A stretch of 64,000 nucleotides of DNA. Source: Microbotryum violaceum (taxonomy: Eukaryota). Below, in pieces: positions 46,901 through 62,168 of this stretch. The notes beneath the pieces were generated by a model. The model had not been told where the DNA came from. It searched no databases and saw only the letters and a list, made by a program, of their open reading frames with translations. Every line of letters begins with the position of its first letter. Position 1 is the first letter of the stretch. The stretch spans positions 1,550,001 through 1,614,000 of the forward strand of contig CDLV01000009.1 in NCBI GenBank assembly GCA_001244265.2, read 5' to 3'. The position numbers and the translations under genes were made by a program.

Positions 46901-49278
46901 TTGATGATTCTGTCATGAGCGCCGTTGATGTGGCCCCAGGGTACACTGGCGGATCCTTACTTAATTCTACAGATACTAGTCCCTCGCCGTCGCCGTCGCT
47001 TGCCCTGCTCTCGTCGCCCACCACGTCCTCGACCGGGGGACCGTCCCCCGACGACTCGGATGACCCGCTCGACCTCTTCAGCTCCAACACCGCGGTCCGT
47101 CTCAACCTGATGGACGTGCATCGGTCCGACGACAATACACTGGACGGCCAGGCACCAGCCGTTGACCCTGTTGACCCGCCCTCTGATGACGACTCTCCTG
47201 ATGAGATCGATTTCCTCTCTCGCCACCACCGCGCATTCATCGCCACAGACGACGACGACCCCACCCTTGAAGCGATTGAACCCGTCAAATCGATCACCAG
47301 CGACCCCCAGACCTGGCGCAAAGCAATGTCCAGCGACAAACACGACATGTGGGCTCAGGCTGCCGCCGCCGAGTTCACCGCCATGCACGACGACTTCAAG
47401 GTCTTCACCATCGAACCTCGCTCAGCCGTACCCCGGGCGCCACTGTCGTCACCTCCAAGTTCGTCTGGAAGACCAAGCGTGACGCACAGGGTAATGTCAC
47501 CGGGCGAAAGGCACGTCTCGTAGCGCAAGGTAACCGCCAACGCGACGGCATTGACTTCTCGGAGACCTTCGCACCCGTCGCCCGTTTCTCCTCCATCCGC
47601 TGCCTCCTCGCCCTTGCCGCTGCCAATGGTTATCACGTTCACCAGGCCGACATCGACAAAGCTTACCTCCACGGCGAGCTCGATCACGACATTTGGATGA
47701 CGACGCCATGAGGTTTCGACTTCCGAGCGACCAGGTTCTCCGGCTGCGGCGCTCGATCTACGGTCTTAAGCAGGCCGGTCGCATCTGGAATCGCCACATT
47801 GACACATCGCTCAGGAGTCTTGGGTACACGGCAACGGGCACTGATCACTGCATTTACTCTCGCATTGATGATCAGCAGCGACCTCACTATATCGCCCTGT
47901 ATGTCGATGACCTCCTCATTGTCAGCCCCGTCCTCGATGAGATCGAACGAGTTATCTCCGGCCTTGAACGGTGATACGGCGTCAAACGACTCGGCCCCGC
48001 GGAGTACATCCTCGGCATCCAAATCCGCCGCCTGGATGACGGCTCCATTGCCCTGTCTCAGGAGCGCTACATCATGGACGTACTTACTCGATTTCATTTC
48101 GACACCACTACTCGCGGGGCTATGGTGCCAATGACCCCCGGCCTCTCACTCACGGCAATCCTGGGTCAGGGGACGGAGCGCATTCGATTGTGGTACCTAC
48201 AAGCCATTGGCTCCCTCCTGTACGTTTCCCTTGGCACTCGACCCGATATTGCCTTCGCCGTCTCGTACCTGTCCCGGTTCGCCAACAACCCCGGCCAACG
48301 CCATTGGATTGCCGTCAAACATGTCCTTCGCTATCTTCGCGCCACGTACCGGGACGAGCTTCTATATGCCACGGTCCAACGAAAGTCACAGGTGTAGTTG
48401 GTTATTCTGATGCGAACTGGGGTGCCTGTGTCGACACATCCATCTCCACAATGGGCTACGTTTTCTACTTGGCTGGCGCCGCCGTCTCTTGGTCGTCCAA
48501 GCGTCAGACTCGGGTCGCGGATTCCACCACTGATGCCGAGTACCTGGCTTTGTCGCACGCTGGTAAGGAGGCCATTTACCTCACACAACTCCTCTCCGAG
48601 CTCCATGTTCGCCCGATCGATGCAGCCCACATCTTCACCGACAACGAGGCCGCGGCCGCCGTCGCTCACGACCCCGTTCGCACCTCCGGCACTCGGCACA
48701 TCAGTCTCCGTGAGCACTTCGTCCGCGACATGGTCAACCAAGGCAATATATCCCTCTCCCACATTGGCACAGCGAACATGGTTGCGGACCTATTCACCAA
48801 AGCGCTAGGTCCCAAGATTTTTGGTACGCATTGCTATGCTCTGGGCCTCCGGACGCGACACCCACGGCTCAAGTCTACCTCGCGTTCGCGTGGGGGGGGG
48901 GGGGGGGGGGGGGGGGGGTGTGAGGAATCCACTCTCCGCTCGGCTCAGGACTTAGGTGCGCAGAGCGAGCCTGGCACACTGGCCCAGGACTTAGGCGTGC
49001 GCTTGCCTGGCGCACCGGCCCAGGACTTAGGCGCGCGGAACAAGCCAGGTGCACCGGCTCAGGACTTAGGTGCGAGGAGTGAGCCTGGGACTTAGGCGCG
49101 CGAAATGAGCCTCGCACACAGCCCCAGGACTTAGGCGCGCAGGGCGAGCCTGGGCCATTGGCTCAGCCCCAAGGTTCGCAGCCTGAGGACTTGAGGCGCG
49201 CGGCTCTCTTGTTGTTAGCTTCCTATTCATCACTCTTGGCTATAACTACATCGCTGACGTAGTAGAGTTGATCGAATA
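43906..49278 (+). mobile_element. Ty1/Copia retrotransposon family B, copy 1 (full length, disabled)
   Basis: 360-bp LTRs at 43906-44265 and 48919-49278; PBS GGTTATCAGCCC 44334-44345; domain order gag, PR ([11 protein letters not shown]), IN ([18 protein letters not shown]), RT ([12 protein letters not shown]), RNase H ([15 protein letters not shown]); G-run PPT 48892-48918; frameshifts and stops. Confidence 0.97.
46846..46974 (+). other. Conserved 129-nt putative structured cis-element in the Copia IN-RT linker (also 53351-53479 and 57573-57701, both on -)
   Basis: Near-identical in families A and B while the flanks are not alignable by eye; contains several complementary segments. Confidence 0.6.
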
Positions 49279-51028
49279 GGTTATAAGCTCACGAGCTACC
49301 AGCCTCGCCGCCTTGCATTTTTTTTTCTCGAGCTTAGCCACTCGACCGCACACATCCATTCGCACCATGGGCGACTCTCCCGCTCTCGCACCGCCCTTGC
49401 CCCCCAAGGATTCTCCCAGCCCCCCTGAATCCTCGATCGCCGCACAAATTGCAACTCTACAGGCACAGCTCGCTGCCCTGCAGGCCTCGCACTCTCCCGC
49501 CACCGCTGCCCCCGCACTCCGGCCGCCCCCGCCACGCAGACCAACGCCGCTACCTCATCCAAAGTCGTGTTTCCCAAACACGCTCGCCTCGACGGTCCCA
49601 AATCGTTCACCAACTGGTTGCGTCAACTCCGTCTTGCGCTCCCGAATCAAGTCCGTGCTTATGTCCTCGAAGGTGTCGTTCCCGCTACTTGGACGGCCGA
49701 TCAGCTTGCCGCCCGTGACGACGCCGCCCGGGAACTCATCGTTGGCTCTATCGACTCCGCGGACGTCTTGGCCACGCTCGACGCCATTCCCAGTGACGAT
49801 CTCTCAGCACCGCGCATCTTCACCGCTCTCAAGGCTCGCTTTGCACCGGACGATGCTACCCGCACCCTCGAGTTGTTTGCCCGCCTTTGGGATTTCAGGA
49901 AGATGCCTGCCTCCGTCGAGGCATACGACACCTGGCTGCGCGAGTACATGTCCATCGTACAAGAAATTCGCGACGCCAAAACTTCGCTCAACAACGTACT
50001 CGCCACTCACGTGCTTGCCATGGTCCCATCGTGCCTCGACAGCTTCCAACTCACGTTCACGGACGAGCAACGCCACCAACGCGACCTTCCCGAGCTGACG
50101 ACACTGACCAACGCATTTGCGTCCAACTTCGTTCGGCGGGACTCTCCACCTTGCACTCGGCCATGCTCGCTACCGCCTCCCTATGCCCCGCCTGCCGCGC
50201 CCCCAGTCACCGCCTTCGTGACTGAACCTCACGCGCTCAACACCCCCCACCGGCCCCTGCCGTCGCTGCCACAAGAAGGGTCACTGGGCCCTCGACTGCA
50301 AACCGCGAGGCGACCAAAAACGAACCGGCGACAACAACCAGGACAACACACCCTCATCGACGGCTCAACAACCGAATGTCGGCTATTTCGCCTCCTGCCT
50401 ACTCGCTCGCCGCCATCTCCCGACCGACGCCTTCGTCGTCGACTCGGGCGCCACGACACACATGGTCGCCGATCGCTCGCTGTTCACGACTTATCGTCAG
50501 ACGGCGCACACCAGGGTCGGCGGTATCGCAGGCGGCATCACGGCCATTGGCATGGGGTACGTGGCGTTCATTACCAAGACCGGACACCGATCATGTTGCG
50601 TGGCGTTCTTCACACGCCTGGTCTTCACGTCAACCTTCTCTCTGTCTCTCGCCTCTGCAACACCGACCGTGTTCGACTCGCCTTCACCAGCGACGGGATC
50701 GACATTGCCAAGGACGGCCAGGCCATCGCTCACGGGACTCGCGTCAACGACGGTCTCTACCTTTTGGATGCGGACCACACCCAATGTCAGCAGCTTGCCT
50801 TGCTCTCACATTCTGAGTCTCCCGTGCCCCTGCTTACCCTTCACCACTGCCTCGGCCATCTTGCCCCATCCTCCATACAGAGGATGATTGCTGCAGGTTT
50901 GCTGGACGGTTTCGGGCCGGGTACAGTGACAAAGACGTAGACGAGTTTGTTTGCAATGCTTGCCTTGGTTCCAAAGGCCACCGTCTTCCTTTTCCCGACT
51001 CTGAGTCGCATTCCCCGAGAGACTTGGT
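49279..51028 (+). mobile_element. Copia family B, tandem copy 2 (shares LTR 48919-49278), truncated by the family A insertion
   Basis: Repeats PBS, gag, PR and GAG-pre-integrase nearly identically to 44334-46086. Confidence 0.95.
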
Positions 51029-55374
<4,346 letters not shown>

Positions 55375-57930
55375 TATTCGATCAACTCTACTACGTCAGC
55401 GATGTAGTTCTAGCCAAGAGTGATGAATAGGAAGCTAACAGTGTGAGAGCCGCGCGCCCCAAGTTTCCCAGGCTCGCTCCGCGCACCTAAGTCCTGAGCC
55501 GATGCGCCGAAGTCCCAGGCTCGCTCTGCGCGCCTAGCCCTGAGCTGATGCGCCCGGCTCGCTCCGCGCGCCTAAGTCCTGAGCCGATGCGCCTGGCTCG
55601 ATCCGCGCGCCTAAGTCCTGAGCCGAGCGGAGAGTGGATTCCTCACACCCCCCCCCCCACGCGAACGCGAGGTAGACTTGAGCCGTGGGTGTCGCGTCCG
55701 GAGGCCCAGAGCATAGCAATGCGTACCAAAAATCTTGGGACCTAGCGCTTTGGTGAACAGGTCCGCAACCATGTTCGCTGTGCCAACGTGGGAGAGGGAT
55801 ATATCGCCTTGGTTGACCATGTCGCGGACGAAGTGCTCGCGGAGACGGATGTGCCGAGTGCCGGAGGTGCGAACGGGGTCGTGAGCGACGGCGGCCGCGG
55901 CCTCGTTGTCGGTGAAGATGTGGGCTGCATCGATCGGGCGAACATGAAGCTCGGAGAGGAGTTGTGTGAGGTAAATTGCCTCCTTACCAGCGTGCGACAA
56001 AGCCAGGTAATCGGCATCAGTGGTGGAATCCGCGACCCGAGTCTGACGCTTGGACGACCAAGAGACGGCGGCGCCAGCCAAGTAGAAAACGTAGCCCATT
56101 GTGGAGATGGATGTGTCGACACAGGCACCCCAGTTCGCATCAGAATAACCAACTACACCTGTGACTTTCGTTGGACCGTGGGCATATAGAAGCTCGTCCC
56201 GGTACGTGGCGCAAAGATAGCGAAGGACATGTTTGACGGCAATCCAATGGCGTTGGCCGGGGTTGTTGGCGAACCGGGACAGGTACGAGACGGCAAAGGC
56301 AATATCGGGTCGAGTGCCAAGGGAAACGTACAGGAGGGAGCCAATGGCTTGTAGGTACCACAATCGAATGCGCTCTGTCCCCTGACCCAGGATTGCCGTG
56401 AGTGAGAGGCCGGGGTCATTGGCACCGTAGCCCTGCGAGTAGTGGTGTCAAAATGAAATCGAGTAAGTACGTCCATGATGTAGCGCTCCTGAGACAGGGC
56501 AATGGAGCCGTCATCCAGGCGGCGGATTTGGATGCCGAGGATGTACTCTGCGGGGCCGAGTCGTTTGACGCCGTATCGCCGTTCAAGGCCGGAGATAACT
56601 CGTTCGATCTCATCGAGGACGGGGCTGACAATGAGGAGGTCATCGACATACAGGGCGATATAGTGAGGTCGCTGCTGATCATCAATGCGAGAGTAAATGC
56701 AGTGATCAGTGCCCGTTGCCTTGTAGCCAAGACTCCTGAGCGATGCGTCAATGTGGCGATTCCAGATGCGACCGGCCTGCTTGAGACCGTAGATTGAGCG
56801 CCGCAACCGCAGCACCTTGTCGCTCGGGAAGTCGAAACCTTGTGGCGTCGTCATCCAAATGTCGTGATCGAGCTCGCCGTGGAGGTAAGCTTTGTCGATG
56901 TCGGCCTGGTGAACGTGATAACCATTGGCAGCAGCAAGGGCGAGGAGGCAGCGAATGGAGGAGAAACAGGCGACGGGTGCGAACATCTCCGAGAAGTCAA
57001 TGCCGTCGCGCTGGCGGTTACCCTGCGCGACAAGGCGTGCCTTCTGCCCTGTGATATCACCCTGTGCATTGCGCTTGGTCTTCCAGACGAATTTGGAGGT
57101 GACGATGGTGGCGCCCGGTGGTACCGAGGAACGAGGCTCGATGGTGAACACCTTGAAATCGTCGCACATGGCGGTGAACTTGTCGGAGGCGGCTTGAGCC
57201 CAGAGGTTGTGCTCGTTGCTGGACATCGCTTCACGCCAGGTCTGAGGGTCGCTAGTGATCGATTTGACCGGCTGAATGGCTTCGAGGGTGGGGTCGTCGT
57301 CGTCGGTGGCGATGAAGGCGCGGTGATGACGAGAGAGGAAATCGATCTCATCAGGGGAGTCGTTGTCGGAGGGCTGCCCGGGCCAACGGCGGGTGTGGGT
57401 GTGACCAGGGTGTCGTCGTCGGATCAATGTACGTCCATCAGGCGGAGGCGAACCGCGGTGTCGGAGTGCAGAAGGTCAAGCGGATCATCCGAGTCCTCGA
57501 TGGACGGTACCCCCCTGAGGACGGGGCGGGAGACAAAATCGGGGCGAGCGACGGAGACGATGAGGGGCTGGTATCTGTAGAATTAAGTAAGGATCCGCCA
57601 GTGTACCCTGGGGCCACGTAAACGGCGCTCATGGCAGAATCATCAAGAGGGGATGAGACATCCATGTGCACCGACCTTACTAGTGGGGTCCTCGTCTTGA
57701 CGGCGGGGCGGGTGTGGCGGCGGGGTGCGCGTGTCGGCGGTGTCAGGCGCTGGCGTGTCGGCGGGAATGACAAACTGGCGTTCGGCGTCGTCCGCATCGA
57801 CGGGCGTGTTGACTGGTAGGCCGGGGAAGTCGTCGTCAAGGAAGGTGGCATTTCGGCCAAGCACAACCTTGTTGGTGGAATGGTCGAAGAACCGGAAAGC
57901 CTTGGAGGCGAGGTCGTAACCAGTAAAAAT

Positions 57931-58313
57931 TATGAGACGATCACCACTACTGTCAGGAGAGGTTGATTTGTTGAACAGAAGTGGTGTATTTCAGCATACC
58001 TATGAGACAATCACCACTACTGTCAGGAGAGGTTGATTTGTTGAACAGAAGTGGTGAGAGGGAAGCTAAGAAACAGAAAGGGGGCCCGCACTGGGATAGG
58101 CCCAGCCGCGGGTGAACTTGCTAGGGCGCTGAGGCAGCTGCGCGCGTCTAAGTCGCCACCTCAAGGGGCGGCCTAGCGGGCGCGCGCCCGAGTCCGCTGG
58201 CGCCTGCTCGCTGAGGCAGTCGCGCGCACCTAAGTCCCCACCGCAAGGGGGCGGCTAGCGGGTGCGCGCGACGATCAAGGCGCCTCTGTCGAGCTGAGAG
58301 TGGACTCTTCACA
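57931..58313 (-). mobile_element. Solo LTR family A with duplicated 3' end
   Basis: LTR 58001-58313, 14-nt spacer 57987-58000 and a 56-bp end duplication 57931-57986, all within TSD AAAAT. Confidence 0.92.
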
Positions 58314-58837
58314 AAAATCACGCGCGCGGCCTTGGGGTCGAGCTTGCTGCGAAGGTCCGGCGCGACCGTGAGCCAGGCCGCGCAGCCGAACGGGTGAAGG
58401 GCGGTGGTCGTGGTGCGTTGGCCGTTCCAAACGAATTGTGGAGTCTGTTTGGCCAAAGCTGAGTGTGAGCACCTGTTTTTGCAATAAACGAAGTATGCAG
58501 CCGCTTCGTCCCAAAAGGTGGCCGGCAGGTGGGAGTCAGCAAGGAGGGCGAGGACGCCCTCGACGATGGAGAGGTTGACACGTTCGGCACGGCCGTTTTG
58601 CTGAGGCGTATATGGAATAGAGTATTGGCAACGAATGCCCCTGGACTGGCAGAACTCCGTGAACGCGTTGGATCGGTATTCGCCGCCGTTGTCGGTGCGA
58701 AGGATCCGTAGACGCGCGTCCGTTTCTAACTCCACTTCGGCGAGCCAAGTCTGGAAGGTCGGGAAGACGTCGCTTTTGTGATCGATTGCGTATGCCCAAA
58801 GTTTGCGAGAGTGGTCGTCAAGGAAGGTGACAAGATA

Positions 58838-61800
58838 TGTGAGATCAAATATCTCCTTCATGTCCTTCTTGTATCTTGCATCTACCTCAACATCCTCCTC
58901 TCTTCATTTTTGATCACTTTTGGCCTACTTTTCACCACTCTAGCTCTCCCACTCTGGGCCAGGTCCGTGCGCCTGACTCTGGCTGGGCACTTAGGCCCAG
59001 CCAGCTGGCCCCTCCCTGGTTTCTCTCCTGCTCAAGCAACTTCTTGGTCTGGTCTCCCTTGGTCCTTCGATCAGAGACTTACCACCGCTTGAGCAGGTGA
59101 GCACTACTCTTCCTATCATCTTTCATCCCTCTAGATGTGGTAACTTACGGTAGTGCTTGAGCAGGTGTGTAACAAGCAACTTCTTGGTCTGGTCTCCCTT
59201 GGTCCTTCAATCAGAGACTTACCACCGCTTGAGCAGGCGTGACAACATCACAGTCGGGAACTCACCATCCCCTACACACCCCAGCAAAATGGGCGTGTTG
59301 AGCGCAGCAATCGCACCATCAAGGAGGGTATCCTTGCTCTGCTCTACTCCTCTGGCGCTGATTCACGCCTCTGGGGTGAGGCCGCTTTGTACTATGTGCA
59401 CTGCAAAAATCTGATGCCTCACGCCGGCATTGGTGGTGAGATCCCCGACACTCGTTGGCATGGCTTTGCGCCTGACATCTCCACCCTTCGCGCATTTGGC
59501 TGCCGCGCTTGGCACCACCTTCCCTCGGCCAAGCGCACGGACCTCGACCCAAGGCTGTACCCCTCCTGTTTGTTGGTTTTGACCAACATGCCAAGGCTTT
59601 CCGACTCTTTGAGCCGTCCACACGCAGGATACAACTCAGCCGCAATGTCGTCTTCCGTGAATCCGAGTTCCCTGCACTCCGGCCAGCCACCAACGTTCGC
59701 GCTGAACCAATCCCACTCCCCGTCATCATTGACGCATACCCTGACCAGGTAGACCCCTTACGCCTTTGCTCGTTGCTTCCCCTCGCTCACTCGCGCCTTG
59801 CGCTGAGCCACCTCGACCCGTGCCGGCAGCCCCTGACCAGGGCCCGCACCGTCCCTCCCCTGCCCGCGAGGTCCCTGACCAGGACTCGCTGGCACCCCCT
59901 GCCCCTGACCAAGGCTCCCCTGCTCGTGAGCTCCCTGACCCGGAATCTCCTGCATCAAGCGCCTCTGACCAAGGCAGCTCCAACTCGGCCATCTCCACGC
60001 CTTGTCCTTCCCCGCGCCCCGTGGCCTCCCGTGTATTACCAGCACCATCCTCACCCGCTCGGTCCGACTCCCCGGACCCGATCGATCTCCTGCCACGCCC
60101 ACGCAATGTTGCTTTGCTATGCCAGGCGCAGGAGTTTCCCGACGATGTGGATGACGCACTCCACTCACCCTCTGCCGTGGCCTACCTTGCCTCTGGCGCT
60201 GCCGCCCTCATTGAGACCTCGCCCGCCGACCCTGCGGAACTGATTGCCCCCGCTCGCGACCCACCTCACTGGCGAGCGGCCATGGCCACCCCTCAAGCGG
60301 ATGAATGGCGTCTTGCGGCCCGCGACGAGTTTGACTCACTCTTGCGAGATTTTTCGGCGTTCACACCAATTGACGAGTCCCTTGTCCCAGCAGACGCCAA
60401 GGTCCTGGGCTCCCGCTTCGTCTTCCGCACCAAACGCGACCAGCATGGCCAAGTCAAGTCCTACAAGGGCCGTCTCGTAGCTCGTGGTGACTCCCAACGC
60501 TCTGGCATCGACTTTGACGAGACCTTCGCACCCGTGGCCAAATTCACCTCCATCCGCGCACTCCTGGCTCTTGCTGCTGCTCATGGGTACCACGTCCACC
60601 AGGCCGACATTGACAAAGCCTACCTGCACGGCAAACTCGATGCACCCCTGTACATTCGTGTACCCGATGGCATCTACATGCCAGGCAAGGTCCTCCAACT
60701 GCATCGGTCCCTCTACGGCTTGCGCCAGGCCGGTCGCATCTGGAACGACGAGATTGACTCTGCCTTGTCCGCACTTGGCTATGTTGCCACCGAATCCGAC
60801 CACTGCGTCTACGTCAGGACAATGGGCGATGTGCGCCACTACATTGCGCTCTATGTCGACGACCTGCTCATGATCAGCCCCTCTCTCCCCGAGATTGAGC
60901 GTACCCTTCAGGGTCTTGAGCAGCGCTATGGTGTCAAACGGCTTGGTGAGGCGGAATATGTCCTCGGCATTCAGATCCGGCGTTCTCCAGACGGCTCCAT
61001 CTCCCTGAGTCAGGAGCAGTACCTCAAGGACGTCCTTGCTCGATTTGGCATGTCCGACGCCCATCCGGTCGCAACTCCCATGCAGTCTGATCTCCGCCTT
61101 GAAGTCGAGCTCCAGCCCACCCCTTTTCCGGATCGCACTCGGTACCTGCAAGCCATTGGCTCCCTCATGTATGCATCCACTGGTACTCGACCCGACCTGG
61201 CTTACACCGTTGGTTACTTGGCTCGCTTCTCTCACTCGCCTTCTGCTGCTGCCTGGGGAGCTGTCAAGCACGCCTTCCGTTACATCGCTGGCACTCTTCC
61301 TCACGGCTTACGCTACACTTGTGGGGATCCGGCACCGCTCTTGGGCTACTCCGACTGCAACTGGGTGCATGCGTCCTCTCTTCCAAGTCGACCATGGGTT
61401 ACACTTTTGTCTATGCAGGTGCTGCCGTCTCATGGTCCTCCCGGCTTCAATCGCGCGTTGCTGACTCCACTTGTGACACCGAGTACCTCGCACTGTCACA
61501 CGCTGGTAAGGAGGCAATCTTTCTGCGTCAGCTTTTTGGTGAGCTTGGCCTTTCGTCTTCAAAGCCCGTCCTCATCTACGGCGACAACCAAGGTGCCAAT
61601 GCTCTCACCAAGAATCCGGTATTTCATGCTCGGACTCGGCACATCTGCCTGCGCGAACACTTCGTCCGGGATATGGTTTCCATGGGCGATATTGTCGTCC
61701 AGTACATCAACACTGGTGAGAAGACAGCGGACATCTTCACCAAAGCATTGTCACGCGACCTCTTTGCTCGGCACCGCGGTCGACTTGGTATCTGTGCTCC

Positions 61801-62168
61801 CTGATACTCGAAGTAGGGGGGTGTGAGATCAAATATCTCCTTCATGTCCTTCTTGTATCTTGCATCTACCTCAACATCCTCCTCTCTTCATTTTTGATCA
61901 CTTTTGGCCTACTTTTCACCACTCTAGCTCTCCCACTCTGGGCCAGGTCCGTGCGCCTGACTCTGGCTGGGCACTTAGGCCCAGCCAGCTGGCCCCTCCC
62001 TGGTTTCTCTCCTGCTCAAGCAACTTCTTGGTCTGGTCTCCCTTGGTCCTTCAATCAGAGACTTACCACCGCTTGAGCAGGTGTGTAACAAGAAACTTCT
62101 TGGTCTGGTCTCCCTTGGTCCTTCGATCAGAGACTTACCACCGCTTGAGCAGGCGTGACAACATCACA
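58838..62168 (+). mobile_element. Copia family C element lacking PBS, gag, PR and IN N-terminus
   Basis: LTRs 58838-59252 and 61822-62168, TSD AGATA. Internal part starts mid-integrase ([14 protein letters not shown]), then RT (YKGRLVARG, YVDD) and RNase H. PPT AGTAGGGGGG. Confidence 0.95.

Noticed and set aside
46900-46912. TGATGA in the conserved Copia segment as a hammerhead core or C/D box
   Set aside because: It reads TTGATGA rather than CTGATGA, and has no GAAA partner and no downstream CTGA D box.
60336-61304. Long antisense ORFs opposite Copia RT (also 52653-53489, 56840-57580 and 38547-39167)
   Set aside because: Shadow ORFs expected from GC-rich codon bias on the opposite strand; no independent motifs.
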